Assembly (NCBI GenBank): GCA_964537205.1
Contig: CAZHZH010000002.1
Location: 1 to 54,480 of the forward strand
DNA length: 54,480 nucleotides
DNA from: an uncultured Bacteroidaceae bacterium
GTDB lineage: Bacteria; Bacteroidota; Bacteroidia; Bacteroidales; Bacteroidaceae
Direction: 5' to 3'
Below the pieces are notes generated by a model. It made no database searches and was not told the DNA's origin. It saw only the letters and a program-made list of their open reading frames with translations. The translations under genes were made by a program, and so were the position numbers. Positions 9,366 to 20,800 of the stretch are shown in pieces (position 1 is the first letter of the stretch; each line of letters opens with the position of its first letter).

Positions 9366-10691
9366 TTAACTTTCTATGCCCATTTGCGCGCTGGCAAGAT
9401 AGCTGCCAGGGTAGTAATGATTAAGAATTTGTTTATAATCATATCCGTTCTCACCCATGACCGCCGCTCCGATTTGACACAACCCGACTCCGTGTCCCCA
9501 ACCGGCTCCATGAAGCACGAAACCGCCCTTCACCTTGTCGACTACAAACGCGGATGAGAACAGGTGGGAGCGCGACAGCACGCGCCTGATCTCCAATTCC
9601 TTTCCGATGATCATGCTTTTCTTTGTTCCGACAATTTGCAGCCGGCATATTCTGCCGGACTTTCCTCGTTTGAGAGGTATGAGGTCGGTTATTTCTCCAA
9701 AGTCGTCTTTTAGGTTGTCGTTTATGATATGTGAAAGTTCTTCCTGTGGATATTCAACGTTCCAGCGGAAGAAGTCTGTGGTCTCTTGGTCGCTGCTGTT
9801 GAGTATTTGGCCGAGTATGTTTTTGTTCTGTGTATTGCAGAAGGCATGTGGAGTGCTTAGAATCCATTTCCTTACGTTCTCTTCTTCGGTCAGGTCGGGC
9901 AAGGTGGTTTCATAATGACTGTCGCGTTGTGAGACGAGGTAGGGCTTATGTACATCTTCCCAGCAAGTATCGAACTCTTCGGATATTCCTCCACAGCATT
10001 TGGAAAACCGCGCGTCGCATATTTCCCCATTATAATACAGTACAAGTCCTTTGGTCTCTCTAACCGCTCTTGTCGCATTGTCGCTTGACGCTTTGGTCAC
10101 TCCTTGATAACGTTGACAATGGTCGTCAGCACATACGTCGAACAACGTATGATCCTCGCGGTCATACCATCTTATCAGTTCGTTATCTGTCTTGTGGAAG
10201 GAGAAGAAAGCGTTGTCGTTTTGTTTGTCGGTCTTTTTGCGTTTCTTTATCTGCGTGATGATCCAGCTGCGCGAAATCACGGCGTGAGCCTTCAAAAACT
10301 CCAAAGAGGCGGTGGGTTTCATTTCAGATGAAATCACGCTTGTCAGGTAATCCTCGACTGGCAGGGTGTTGATGGCGCACACCTTGCCTTCGTTCACCAC
10401 GAAGTGAATTGATCCGCTGAAAGTCTGCGTCTCTTTCCGTTCCCAATGGAAATCCTTGCCGATGACTACGTCTTGAATGGAGAATGTCGCGCCTGTCTGT
10501 AGTGAATGGAATGATAGTTGTTGGTATATATTGCCGTTCCAGAATATTCCGCCTTCCTCGAAACTTACTTCTTGACTGCCTTTCACCATCTGTCCCTTGG
10601 CGGAATAGACCGCGTTAAGGCAAAAGTGGATACAGTCGGCGCTTACTATCCCGACGCTTACCTCTACTTCTGTTTCTTTCATTCGCCGCAT
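9366..10691 (-). CDS. SpoIID/LytB domain protein (peptidoglycan glycan-strand cleavage / amidase-enhancer family)
   Basis: 441-aa ORF with the C-terminal signature [36 protein letters not shown]. An alternative ATG at 10682 forms an ATGA overlap with the stop codon of the upstream gene, which suggests translational coupling. Confidence 0.8.
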   Translation of the reverse strand: MRRMKETEVEVSVGIVSADCIHFCLNAVYSAKGQMVKGSQEVSFEEGGIFWNGNIYQQLSFHSLQTGATFSIQDVVIGKDFHWERKETQTFSGSIHFVVNEGKVCAINTLPVEDYLTSVISSEMKPTASLEFLKAHAVISRSWIITQIKKRKKTDKQNDNAFFSFHKTDNELIRWYDREDHTLFDVCADDHCQRYQGVTKASSDNATRAVRETKGLVLYYNGEICDARFSKCCGGISEEFDTCWEDVHKPYLVSQRDSHYETTLPDLTEEENVRKWILSTPHAFCNTQNKNILGQILNSSDQETTDFFRWNVEYPQEELSHIINDNLKDDFGEITDLIPLKRGKSGRICRLQIVGTKKSMIIGKELEIRRVLSRSHLFSSAFVVDKVKGGFVLHGAGWGHGVGLCQIGAAVMGENGYDYKQILNHYYPGSYLASAQMGIES

Positions 10692-12973
10692 TCCTTTAAT
10701 ATTTCCTCCACGTCCTGTGCGGTGATCTTATTGAAATCACCCGCTCGTGGCGTGATGATCAATCCCGTCATGTCGAGTGCTCCGGGGCTGACCATTAATC
10801 CGTTCTCACCTTCGTCGTAGTAGCAACTCGGACGATGTTTTTTGCGAGGAAAGACCACGCACGCGTATTCGTCGTTATCCTTCCATGCCAGCACGTTCAT
10901 CCGCGGTTCATATTCACCTTCTCCTATGGGCAGGCCGTCGTATGTCTCATTGAAAAGCCGGCAGACTTCATCAATGTCTTTACTGCGGATTTCAATTGCC
11001 TTGCTGAGATAGCCGCTCCGACGCAGTTGTTCTTTAGGTCCCGCCTGAAAGTGCATGTGATCGGGGGCTGAGGCTCCGCAATGTGGTCCGTTGTAGAAAA
11101 TGAACATGTCTGTCAGTGAGTTTGCGATCTGCAGCATGTCTTTGAAGTATGGGCGTATGTGCTGGGGTTGGTGTGTGCGCAGCGAGATAGTGAAGTGTTT
11201 CTTAAGAACAGGAAAAGGATTAACTAAAAGCTGGAAACGCTCGTTAAGAGCAAGTCCGACCTGTTCGTCGGGACGGTTGTCCTTGCAAAGGAAACAAGGC
11301 CGGTGCTTTATCGTCTTTGTATCGGTGTCCGCTCCTGTAGAGATTATCCTTGACGGATTGAACTGCACTGTAACCTGCTTGCCGTTAACATCCAAGATTT
11401 TAGTACGTATCGCTTCAAGGTCTTTATATCGTTTGGCTACTTCGCCCCATGTTTGCATTTGTGAGTCAAAGAACATGTCCGCGTCCTGCTGTGTGGCATG
11501 TCCTTCCCAAAACGCATTGATCTTCTGGCGCGCGGCGATCTCGATGGTGCGCAGTGTGTCCTTATAATAGTTGTTACGATTCACCTGGTCGGTAGTCAGC
11601 GCCGCGTCGGAGTTGCCTCCCCATCGGCGGCAAAGATATACTTCCTCGAATATGCGCCCGATTTTGTGGAAACGGGAGAAAGCGAGTCCAAGCGCGTAAT
11701 CTTCCCCATAGCTGGTGTTGGGTATGCCTATGCGTCGTAGCAATGGAGTGTAAAAGGCGCGTGGTGCTCCAAGGCCGTTTACCCTAAGAGCGTTGTTGCG
11801 ACCATTCTCCGCAGTCCATTCCTTATGGTCGATGGTGCCGGGTGGAAGGGTTTTCAAGTACAAATCGCACATGCGATAAGATCCTATTACCATCGCGCAT
11901 TTTTCTTTGTAGAATGTATTTACAATTTTTTGAAGCGTGTACTCTCGCGCATACAAGTCGTCAGAGTCGAGTTGTACGGCGAACCGTCCACAGTTCACGT
12001 CGTTGATGGCGAGATCCCAGCATCCACCGATGCCGAGGTCATCACGTTCAGGAATGATGTGAACTACGCGTGGGTCGTAGTTGGCGAGTTTGCTGATTAT
12101 GTCGGTCGTACCATCGTCCGAATGATTGTCAACAACTATTACGTTGAATCGGAAATCCGTCACTTGGGAGAGGGCCGACATTACTGCGTCTTCAATGGTC
12201 TTGGCGCGGTTCTTTACTGGTATAATCACGGAAACTTCATATTTGAAGGTTCCACTTTCAACGACTGTGTCGGTAACATCATCAGGACTGACGTATGCGT
12301 CAATGAGCTTGAGATGTTCGGTACATACCTGTTCCATTTCAAATTGCACTTCTTGGTTGCGTGGGTCGACGTAGTCGAACTGCCTCTCTCCACTTGTTCT
12401 CAGGTCAGTCTCAATTTCTGTGTACAGGCATTCATTTAAATGAAATATTCCTCCCTGCCTGCTCGCAAACAAAGTGAGCTCATACAAGGCTGCGAATTTC
12501 CATTGGTTGTTCTTGAACTCTTCCTCACAAGCTTTTAGCAGTGATGTGCGAACGACGCGAAGTGAACCAAAGTCAAAGTCGTTGCGTACGCTGCCGACTT
12601 GATACGGGATGCCTTGCACCTTCTCTTGCATGCCGTCTTTTTCGGCGTAATAATCACTATAGATCATTCCCGCCCCAGTGTTTTCGGCCACATCCGTGGC
12701 GCGTTCTAAAGCTTTGTATCCAATATTAATGGGAGTGTCCTTACTGTAGATGGCGACGAATTCGGCTTGTGATATTAGTGCCATCTGGCGCAGTGTGGTG
12801 GAACTCTCCAAGTTGTCAATAAACAAGATATTGCATCCGCCGATATGAGGAAGGGTTGTGTCTCTTGCCAAGAGAAATACATTTTTTACAAGACTTGACG
12901 ATTTGAATTGCTCAACGTTCTTCGTCGCAGTCTCCACGTCGTTGTAGGGGATAAAACAATCAATGGTCTTCAT
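10679..12973 (-). CDS. Tri-domain fusion: N-terminal GT-A-like domain + canonical GT2 glycosyltransferase + C-terminal HIT/GalT-like (DUF4922-type, HxHxQ) nucleotidyltransferase/phosphorylase domain
   Basis: GT2 core: [24 protein letters not shown]...[10 protein letters not shown]...QLDSDDLY. The C-terminal domain has [10 protein letters not shown] (HxHxQ, as in GDP-L-galactose phosphorylase and GalT-branch HIT enzymes). The start is set at the ATG at 12973 ([10 protein letters not shown]) because a TAACTTTG promoter box lies inside the longer ORF (13000-13007). Confidence 0.7.
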   Translation of the reverse strand: MKTIDCFIPYNDVETATKNVEQFKSSSLVKNVFLLARDTTLPHIGGCNILFIDNLESSTTLRQMALISQAEFVAIYSKDTPINIGYKALERATDVAENTGAGMIYSDYYAEKDGMQEKVQGIPYQVGSVRNDFDFGSLRVVRTSLLKACEEEFKNNQWKFAALYELTLFASRQGGIFHLNECLYTEIETDLRTSGERQFDYVDPRNQEVQFEMEQVCTEHLKLIDAYVSPDDVTDTVVESGTFKYEVSVIIPVKNRAKTIEDAVMSALSQVTDFRFNVIVVDNHSDDGTTDIISKLANYDPRVVHIIPERDDLGIGGCWDLAINDVNCGRFAVQLDSDDLYAREYTLQKIVNTFYKEKCAMVIGSYRMCDLYLKTLPPGTIDHKEWTAENGRNNALRVNGLGAPRAFYTPLLRRIGIPNTSYGEDYALGLAFSRFHKIGRIFEEVYLCRRWGGNSDAALTTDQVNRNNYYKDTLRTIEIAARQKINAFWEGHATQQDADMFFDSQMQTWGEVAKRYKDLEAIRTKILDVNGKQVTVQFNPSRIISTGADTDTKTIKHRPCFLCKDNRPDEQVGLALNERFQLLVNPFPVLKKHFTISLRTHQPQHIRPYFKDMLQIANSLTDMFIFYNGPHCGASAPDHMHFQAGPKEQLRRSGYLSKAIEIRSKDIDEVCRLFNETYDGLPIGEGEYEPRMNVLAWKDNDEYACVVFPRKKHRPSCYYDEGENGLMVSPGALDMTGLIITPRAGDFNKITAQDVEEILKECGE

Positions 12974-12999
12974 ATTTATGAATTTGCAATAGTGTAGTG

Positions 13000-13007
13000 C
13001 AAAGTTA
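13000..13007 (-). promoter_or_regulatory. -7 promoter box (TAACTTTG on minus strand) for the GT/HIT-SpoIID-AmpG operon
   Basis: TAnnTTTG match 27 nt upstream of the ATG at 12973. Confidence 0.5.
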
Positions 13008-13050
13008 ATTATTTTCGCCAATCTACCATGCTTGTTTCTGTTATTTTATT

Positions 13051-13058
13051 TATCTTTG
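13051..13058 (+). promoter_or_regulatory. -7 promoter box (TATCTTTG) for the radical SAM gene
   Basis: TAnnTTTG match upstream of the TTG at 13102 and the ATG at 13120. Confidence 0.5.
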
Positions 13059-13119
13059 CCCAATAATAATACGAGTGGCAAATAGATATTAGGCAGTTGC
13101 GTTGCAATTCTTTTGTGGT

Positions 13120-14034
13120 ATGACGAGAGATTTTCTTCATAGCGGATGTGGATATAGGGAATTTGGGTCTTGGCTTTATTCTCAATTAGGTTTCAAGGCG
13201 CAGAAAATATCAATCAACGCGGGGTTCACCTGTCCTAATCGTGACGGGCGTGTCGGAGTGGGCGGATGTACCTATTGTAATAATCAAACGTTCAATCCTG
13301 ATTATTGCAGGACCGACAAGACTATAAGGTGTCAATTGGAGGATGGCAAGATGTTTTTCGGCAGGAAATACCCTGATATGAGGTATCTTGCGTATTTTCA
13401 AGCATACACAAATACTTATGGTGAGTTGGGTGAACTTCGAAGGAAATATGAGGAGGCATTGAGTGTGGACGGAGTTGTAGGATTGGTGATAGGGACGCGT
13501 CCGGATTGTGTGTCTAATAGTCTGTTGGATTATTTAAGCGAACTCAACAAGCGCGCTTTCTTGATAGTGGAATATGGCATAGAGAGCGTGTATGACCATA
13601 CATTGCGGAGAATTAACCGTGGACACGATTTCAACTGTGCGCGTAAGGCGGTTGAGGAAACAGCGCGACGAGGCATCTTTGTCGGTGCGCACTTGATACT
13701 CGGACTTCCTGGCGAGGACCGTGATGATATGATACGTGGGGCGGAAATCATATCGGAGTTGCCGATTACGACCTTAAAGCTACATCAACTGCAATTGATC
13801 AAGGGAACCCGCATGGCGGAGGAATTCAATGAACGTCCCGAAGACTTTGTACGTTTCACCGCGGATGAATATGCAGACCTTGTTGTAGACTTCATCCATC
13901 ATACACGGCAAGACATGGTGTTCGAACGGTTTGTCAGTCAGTCGCCAGCAAGTTTGTTGGCGCGACCGGGTTGGGGGATGAAAAATTATGAGTTTGTGGA
14001 GCTGGTTAAGAGAAAACTGAGGGAACGCGGCTGA
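13120..14034 (+). CDS. TIGR01212-family radical SAM protein (YhcC-like)
   Basis: Motif GFTCPNRDGRVGVGGCTYCNN (CxxxxxxxxxxCxxC-type cluster region typical of TIGR01212). I prefer the ATG at 13120 over the TTG at 13102. Confidence 0.75.
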   Translation: MTRDFLHSGCGYREFGSWLYSQLGFKAQKISINAGFTCPNRDGRVGVGGCTYCNNQTFNPDYCRTDKTIRCQLEDGKMFFGRKYPDMRYLAYFQAYTNTYGELGELRRKYEEALSVDGVVGLVIGTRPDCVSNSLLDYLSELNKRAFLIVEYGIESVYDHTLRRINRGHDFNCARKAVEETARRGIFVGAHLILGLPGEDRDDMIRGAEIISELPITTLKLHQLQLIKGTRMAEEFNERPEDFVRFTADEYADLVVDFIHHTRQDMVFERFVSQSPASLLARPGWGMKNYEFVELVKRKLRERG

Positions 14035-14039
14035 GGTGT

Positions 14040-14336
14040 TTATTGTTGGATTCCATCTTCGTGTTGAGTTCTATCTTTGCTTTTGTCCGCTTCTTTACGC
14101 CTGCGGCTGTCTCGAAGTATGCTGACCACGCTTAAGATTACCGCAATTATGAGCAGTATTGTAAATAGTATTTGCTTGAAGTGCGGCGTTGAATGGCAGA
14201 AGATGTACAATTGCGGCATTCCGAAGAATCTGAATACGATTTGCAGTACGAACACGGCCGCTTGCCCCAACACTTCGAGAAGAAAGAAGTTGATGAGGAA
14301 TTGTATGATTTCGTTGTCGCTTCGCAGCAGTTTCAT
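14040..14336 (-). CDS. Small membrane protein (98 aa, two predicted TM helices, basic C-tail), unknown function
   Basis: The internal ATG at 14336 (MKLLRSDNEIIQFL...) lies 24 nt downstream of a TATCTTTG box. The hydrophobic stretches are LINFFLLEVLGQAAVFVLQIVF and ILFTILLIIAVILSVVSIL. Confidence 0.45.
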   Translation of the reverse strand: MKLLRSDNEIIQFLINFFLLEVLGQAAVFVLQIVFRFFGMPQLYIFCHSTPHFKQILFTILLIIAVILSVVSILRDSRRRKEADKSKDRTQHEDGIQQ

Positions 14337-14359
14337 CCTTTTATATCCATTTATGGGTG

Positions 14360-14367
14360 CAAAGATA
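14360..14367 (-). promoter_or_regulatory. -7 promoter box (TATCTTTG on minus strand)
   Basis: TAnnTTTG match 24 nt upstream of the ATG at 14336. It lies inside the longer 126-aa ORF, which argues for the shorter gene model. Confidence 0.45.
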
Positions 14368-14430
14368 AGAAATTTGCAAGTAGAATGATATTTTTTATGC
14401 AGGGATTTGTTGGGATACAATTAATTTATA

Positions 14431-14438
14431 TATCTTTG
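14431..14438 (+). promoter_or_regulatory. -7 promoter box (TATCTTTG) for the TM2 gene
   Basis: TAnnTTTG match 45 nt upstream of the ATG at 14483. Confidence 0.5.
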
Positions 14439-14482
14439 TACACAGAAGAAAACCTTTTTTTAACGATTAAACAATAAACAAA

Positions 14483-14734
14483 ATGAAAAGTAAAGTAGTA
14501 GCAGCCGTTTTGGCTTTCTTTTTGGGAGCTTATGGTATTCATGAATTCTACATTGGCAATGTAAAGCGTGGCATCATTTATCTCCTCGTAACTATTTGTA
14601 CTTGTGGATTCGGTGGCATTATCATTTGGATTCTTTCACTTGTCGAAATGGTTAAGTACCTGCAATGCAAGGATGATGAGGAATTCAACGAAAAGTATGT
14701 GAAGAAGCACGATAATGCGGCTCAGGCACAATAA
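14483..14734 (+). CDS. TM2 domain-containing small membrane protein
   Basis: 83 aa. AAVLAFFLGAYGIHEFYIGNVKRGIIYLLVTICTCGFGGIIIWILSLVE matches the two-helix TM2 pattern. Confidence 0.7.
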   Translation: MKSKVVAAVLAFFLGAYGIHEFYIGNVKRGIIYLLVTICTCGFGGIIIWILSLVEMVKYLQCKDDEEFNEKYVKKHDNAAQAQ

Positions 14735-14756
14735 GACTGCTGAAAACAAAGTGTAT

Positions 14757-14790
14757 AAAGGATGAATCGTGATATAGCGGTTCATCCTTT
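14757..14790. terminator. Hairpin between convergent genes (possible bidirectional terminator)
   Basis: AAAGGATGAATCG (14757-14769) pairs with CGGTTCATCCTTT (14778-14790): 13 bp including one G-U, with an 8-nt loop. It lies between the TM2 stop (14734) and the AddB stop (14794). There is no clear U-tract. Confidence 0.45.
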
Positions 14791-14793
14791 AAT

Positions 14794-17700
14794 TTACTGC
14801 CACGCCGTCTCTATATTTTCCTTATTGCAGACCGCTTTGAACGGGCAGAACTTGCAACTATGGTCGCCCATGGCGGGGGAGAAACTTTTATCGGTGTCGA
14901 ATATATCCGCAAGCAGTTGCTGAAGTCTTTCCGCGAATTCCTCGTGGCATTGTGATTTATAATCGGTGATGAAGTCTTTACCCACCTTGATGAATGATTC
15001 CTCTGGTTTTTGACTCAGCTTGATGTATAACAGCGTTGGAGCCAATACGGGTGTGTCTTTGCCTTTGCTTGCTAATTCGTCCATGATCACCTCACAATAG
15101 TAGAACGCTTGGAAAATGTAACCCGATCGTTTGTCGTGAGGTATGAAGAGATCCTCAACGGAAGCAGTAGATTGTTGGCGCGATGATGTCTTGTAGTCTA
15201 CAATCCTATGCCGCTTTGTCCCGTCTATTGTTGCGATGTCCTCTCTGTCTATGATGCCGCCGATTTTTATTGTGCGGTTTCCTTCTTTTGACGCAAACTT
15301 GAAGTCGGTGTAGTGTTGCGCCTCTTGTTCCAATATTTTTAGAGGGCTCACTTGGTAGTCGTTGATGATTTGCTTTTCCACATATCTTGCAATCACTTCG
15401 TGGTTCAACAGTTGTGTGCCGTTGAGTTCCAATGTGAATTTGTCGTTCAAGACATCTTCTTTGGGGATCTTGAACATCTCTTCCGCAAAGCCTTTGTCCA
15501 CGCAACGGCGTATGCCATACTTGCTTTCCTCCTTTATCTTGTATTTCCCGCTTTTGGCCTTCTCCACATACTGGTTGTAGAAGTCCGTGCCGAGCGTTTG
15601 TTCTTTATAATTATTGTAGAAGTATTCCATCGCCCTGTGGAATATGCTTCCAAATACATTGTCGGCTACGTTTTCGCTAATCTCATCTTCTTCGTGATAA
15701 CCACATACATATTGCAAGTAGAAACGCAGTTGGCAATCAAGGTACGTGTTGAGCGCGGAAGGAGAGAGTCGTGTAATCTGGCTTAATTTACTGCGCACCT
15801 TCTCGCCCCCCTTGCTTATGCTGATGTCTCCGGTTGCAGCCATGGTGCTTTCCTGTCGCTGCTGACTTGCGGCCTTTCCGTCCGACAGCGTGTCGGGCGA
15901 CAGGGTGAGTTCTCGTATTGTGGTGTCTTTGGAGAGAATAGAGTTTTTCTCATATTTCAATTGCATCATGAAACGACTCATTTCCCCCTTGTGCAATCCT
16001 TCAGTCGCATTGTTGTAAACAAGCGTCACGTGCCGGGCGCGTTGTATCAACCGGTAGAAGTAGTATGCGTACAGGCTTGTTTGTCGTTTCTGTGTTGTCA
16101 TGCCATAAGCCTCTCGCAGGAAATTCAGGATGAACGATGTAGAGTGTCCCGATTTAGGCAGCATACCCTCATTCACCGAAAGCATTATCACGTTTTCAAA
16201 GTCGAGGTTACGTGTTTCAAGTATACCCATCAGTTGCACGCCCACGGCTGGTTCGCCATGGAACGCCACCGCACCTGTCGAAAGAGCCTGGCGTATCAAG
16301 CGTATCAGCGTCTCAGGTGTGTCGAATTCCAGTCCGTGATTATCCATTAAGTCTTGGAACCTGTTGAGGATGGTCCATGCGTTGAATATGGATTCCGCAT
16401 ACAGGGAGTCCGTATTATCGTGGTGTTTTGATAATTTCATGGCAACAGCCTTCACCAGTTCTGCGACGTGCCTTATGTTTCCGGCGATATCATTGGCCGG
16501 CTCCTTGAACATATCCTCGATAAAGTACCCTTTAAGTTCGTTTTGATTCGGATATGTGGTGTTGTTCCTTTTGAAGCCGGCAATAATTGAAAGAGCGTCG
16601 TCTTTATTCATCAGCATGGTGTACGGGTGCTTCAATACCTTCTCAACGTATGTATACCTCCATTTGCTTGTTCCCGTTTTATTGGTCTTTGGCCTCCATC
16701 CGCGGAAAATCAGTTCGAGTAGTGACATGATGAAACTTGTGATTGGTGTTTCTTGCATCGGGTATCCCATGGTGATGTTGAGCAGGGTGGGTTTGTTGTC
16801 GCCATAGGTTGCGGGAATAGAATGCAGCATGGGCTGTAGGATTTGCTCATCGCAAAGTACTATGGCGGTCTGGTTCAGTCGTGTGTCGTCTGCCAGCCTT
16901 TGCTTAAGCCATAGTCCGACGTATCTGCATTGCGCGCTGTCTGTTGCGGAGGCTACAAATTGTATGTCTTTCTTTTTGCGCAAATTGCGGTAAGTGTCCG
17001 CATGGACCAATTTGTTGCCAAACATTTTGATGTTGTCGCTTATGAAAGTACCAGCCTCAAAAAACGGATTGTCTTTATATACTTCGTCATAGTCCCAATA
17101 GAAATATGTGTCATAGGCATCTTGCATATGCTTGAAAATGACCTTTTCTGTTTCGTTCAGCACGTTGAATCCCACTATGCAGGAGTGTTTGTATTTATTG
17201 TACAGAGTTTGCTTTGCGGACTCTGTCAATTTGCCTTCTTTGATATTCTCTGCCACTTCGCGTTTCAGCATCCCTGTGTAGGCGTAGTGTTGTTGGCGGA
17301 GTAGGGATTTGAACTCCTTGTATATGTCGGGCATGGCTTTCCACATCCTTAGGTAGCGTTCGTGAAGCTGTGTCGTCGTTTCTGTGCTGAAGCTGTTGAA
17401 CAGCTTCTTGATGGCCTCCTCTTGTTCTTCGTCTATATATTGGAATCCTGTGAGTTCCTCAATGTCCGTTATGTTTATAAACAGTTTGCCCGCGTCGACC
17501 ATGTTGTTGTCGATGTCTTCGAAGTCGTTTAGTAGGACCTCCCCCCACGAGTAGAACTGGTCGAACGTCTCTTTGCTGTCGGTGACTTTCCTGTATGCCT
17601 TGTAGAGATAATAAATAAGGAGTACGGGGTCGGCTATGGTGAGTTGGCTGAGCGACTGGAACAACTCGGTGATTGTGCAGTAGTGCGGAGCCCAGAATGG

Positions 17701-17850
17701 AGGGTTGACATACTCCATGAGTTCTTGGTTCAGGAACAGGCTTGCCCGTTTGTTTGGGAATATCACCGTTAATTCGTTGAGATGCCCGTTATAATGCTTG
17801 TCGGCAATCCGTGCGATGTCTTCTGCGACTGTGTTCAAAAATGTTCTCAT
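14794..17850 (-). CDS. addB: AddB-type PD-(D/E)XK nuclease subunit with Fe-S cluster cysteines (helicase-nuclease complex subunit B)
   Basis: 1018 aa. The C-terminal nuclease has IVDYKTS and QAFYY motifs, plus cysteines YLDC...C and CKFCPFKAVC (C-x2-C-x5-C). I saw no Walker A motif in the N-terminus. The gene begins 2 nt downstream of the addA stop codon. Confidence 0.75.
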   Translation of the reverse strand: MRTFLNTVAEDIARIADKHYNGHLNELTVIFPNKRASLFLNQELMEYVNPPFWAPHYCTITELFQSLSQLTIADPVLLIYYLYKAYRKVTDSKETFDQFYSWGEVLLNDFEDIDNNMVDAGKLFINITDIEELTGFQYIDEEQEEAIKKLFNSFSTETTTQLHERYLRMWKAMPDIYKEFKSLLRQQHYAYTGMLKREVAENIKEGKLTESAKQTLYNKYKHSCIVGFNVLNETEKVIFKHMQDAYDTYFYWDYDEVYKDNPFFEAGTFISDNIKMFGNKLVHADTYRNLRKKKDIQFVASATDSAQCRYVGLWLKQRLADDTRLNQTAIVLCDEQILQPMLHSIPATYGDNKPTLLNITMGYPMQETPITSFIMSLLELIFRGWRPKTNKTGTSKWRYTYVEKVLKHPYTMLMNKDDALSIIAGFKRNNTTYPNQNELKGYFIEDMFKEPANDIAGNIRHVAELVKAVAMKLSKHHDNTDSLYAESIFNAWTILNRFQDLMDNHGLEFDTPETLIRLIRQALSTGAVAFHGEPAVGVQLMGILETRNLDFENVIMLSVNEGMLPKSGHSTSFILNFLREAYGMTTQKRQTSLYAYYFYRLIQRARHVTLVYNNATEGLHKGEMSRFMMQLKYEKNSILSKDTTIRELTLSPDTLSDGKAASQQRQESTMAATGDISISKGGEKVRSKLSQITRLSPSALNTYLDCQLRFYLQYVCGYHEEDEISENVADNVFGSIFHRAMEYFYNNYKEQTLGTDFYNQYVEKAKSGKYKIKEESKYGIRRCVDKGFAEEMFKIPKEDVLNDKFTLELNGTQLLNHEVIARYVEKQIINDYQVSPLKILEQEAQHYTDFKFASKEGNRTIKIGGIIDREDIATIDGTKRHRIVDYKTSSRQQSTASVEDLFIPHDKRSGYIFQAFYYCEVIMDELASKGKDTPVLAPTLLYIKLSQKPEESFIKVGKDFITDYKSQCHEEFAERLQQLLADIFDTDKSFSPAMGDHSCKFCPFKAVCNKENIETAWQ

Positions 17851-17851
17851 C

Positions 17852-20800
17852 TCAGGCCGTTTCGATAGGTTGTATTCTGCTTTCTTTCATATACCATAAG
17901 TAGCCGTGTACGTTTGGCATTCCCATGAGTTTGAGCTGGCGCATATATTTCTGCACCTGCGTTTTGTGACCATTTAGCGGTATTCCGGTCTTGTAGTCGA
18001 TGACAATTGTCTCGTGATCGTCGTATATGACTCTGTCCGGGCGGCGTGTTTTTGTAGTTCCTCCTTCATTCATCACAAAGTCACATTCGTTCATGACGTT
18101 CCACTTCGGATCGAACCAGCTTCTTACCCTGCTGTCTTTCAGAGCGTCGGTTACGAAATCCTTAATCTCCTCGTAGAACTGCTTGTCTTGCATCACACCA
18201 TCCTGTTCGAGTGTCCTTAGCGCCTGTGGAATGTCAGCCTCGTCTTTTATCATCTCGAAGACCTTGTGTACCACGAGTCCCTTTTTGATGTATGATGCTC
18301 TGTTGTCGTCTGGATTATCATCACAGATGAATTCCCTTGACTTGTTCGATTGTTTAAACGTTGGAACTAATTCGGTGTTTACAAAGTCCACCACAATGTC
18401 GTTTGCCTCAACCCCCGATTTGTCTTTCTTTGGGTTGTAAGCGGTTATGTCGCCCGATGGAATCAAGTTCGATTTCTCAGTCACGCTTTTGATCACGTCG
18501 TATACGCTGTAGCGGTTCGCTTTGTGGCCCGTCAAGACAATCAAGTTTTGTTCGGCGCGGGTAAAAGCCACGTAAAGGAGGTTGAGGTTGTCAACATAGT
18601 TCTTGAGTTCTTCCTCCTCATATTCTTTCTTAAAGTCTGTGTTCTCCAGTTCTTTGTTGAAATAGACCGGAGTCAGTGGAAGTTTGTCGTCATCGTCCGA
18701 TTTGCACCAAAGGATGGTGCCGCCGCCTCCCATTTCCCAATCACAGAACGGAACGATTACGGTGTGGAACTCCAGCCCCTTCGACTTGTGGATTGTCATC
18801 AGTTGTATGCCGTCGGAGCCGTTTGACGGTATGGTCTTTGAGTGGAGCTTGTCGTTCCAATAATCAATGAGACTGCTGATGTTTGAGGAGTTGTCCCTTG
18901 AGAATGCCGCCACTTCGTCCATAAAGTAGAACAGGTAGGCCGACTGTCCCTTTAGTCGGGATAGCTGGAATTGGTTGAAAAGCCGTTCGCACAGCTCATA
19001 CACAGGCAGGGTCTGCAATTCCGCGATTCCGTTAAAGAACCCCTCGGGTAGCATCCGTTCCAATTCGTCTGCTTGGGCTTGCATGTACCATTCGAGAGTC
19101 GGACGGGTTGGCGAATCGCCTGCGACAAGGCTCTGATATCGGTATGCGAGTGTCGCACACAGGAACATGCCGAACGGCTTCCTCCCTTGTCCGTATTCCT
19201 TGGGGTCGTAGCCTGCTACCACTTGCATCGCAAGTATCAGCATGTTCACGGCTTGGGACGAGTCAAGTTGGAATGCTTCGTCGCTTACTATCTTCAGTTG
19301 TGGCATGTGCTGCTTGACATACGCCGACACGAGTTTCAATTCGCGGTTTGACCGTGTGAGTATAGCGATATCATCTTCTTTGACGTTCTTCTCATTTATA
19401 ATATGTGTAAGCGTTTGTTCAAGCGTGTCAAGTGTCTGCTCGTCGTATGTCTGCTTTTCCTCTTTTCCCTCCGCCGTTGCCGCTTGTCCTTCTTCGTCCG
19501 TAATGTTGATGATGTCGACGAATCCCTGACCCTTGTATCTTGTGTCGACCTTTTGCTCCACAGAACTGTAAGCCCGCCGGATGTCGTTGGCAAGATACTT
19601 GTTTCCGAATGTGTCAGAATAGTGCTTTGCCACTTCTTCTTTTGCCTTGGCGAAAAATTCATTGTTAAATGTCACGATGCATTCGCCGCTTCTGTGGTTG
19701 GTGTCGAGCGACTTGGTCATTTCGGACTCTTCAATCACCCCGCTGAAGTTCTGGTCTGTGTTTATGTCGTTAAGTATGCCCCAGTCACTATTCCTCCATC
19801 TGTATATACTTTGCTTCACATCCCCTACGATTACGCACACATGACCACTGGCGACGCACTCTTTGAGTAATGGAATGAAGTTTTGCCATTGCAGTTCGCT
19901 CGTGTCTTGGAATTCATCGATCATTATGTATTTGAAAGACGCCGCCGCTTTTTCGTAAATAAAAGGAATGTCGTTGTCGCTTATGATCTCATTGAGCTTG
20001 TGTGCGGTGTCCGCGAGAATGAAGCGGTTGTTCTCTTTGTTCAGCCGCCGCAAGGTCTTGTCGACGCTTCCCAACAGGCTCATTTGGTTCAAGTGCTTCA
20101 GCACAGCCTTGATTGTGGAGGCATTTTTCCGTATGGATAGTTCTTTGGCTATAAGTCCCCTGTAGTATGTCGAATGTTGGGCATCGAGTGACTGGTCGGT
20201 CATCCACTTCGCCCCGGGGTCTCTCTCGATGGCCGCCGGTATCTTGGGATTTTTCCCTTCCGCTATCTTTGGAAAGAAACTGAACACTCCGTTTTTTCCG
20301 CCTACGAAGTGTGTGGAATAAAACCCGTGGTCTTTTATGTACGAGTTGAATTTTATCGCATTCTCTCTGCTGTCTTGTCCGAGTTGGCTCAGCCTCTTGT
20401 AAAGTTCCGACTTGTACTTGGCGTAAAACCCAGGCTCGCTTGTCTTTTCGCTTATCGTCTTTTCTTCCTTAAGATAACTTTCGTTGTATATGTTCTTGCT
20501 GAATTGGACGACCTCCTTGTCGATTTTCCAATTCTTGTTTTGCTCGTTCAAGTTGTCCTGCACATAGGAGAGGACGGCATTGTACACGTCGTCTCCCGCC
20601 CTCATGTCCTCTATCATACGGCTTACGGCGTCTTCAAGCGCTTCGTCGGAGTCGAGGTCTATCTTTAGGTTGGCGGTAAGATTAAGCTCGCGTGCCAGGT
20701 CGCGTATGACGCTTTGGAAGAAGGAGTCGATGGTCTCAATGCGGAAGTGGCTGTAATCATGCAGAATGAGTGTCAGGGCTTGTGCGCACTGTTGCTTTAT

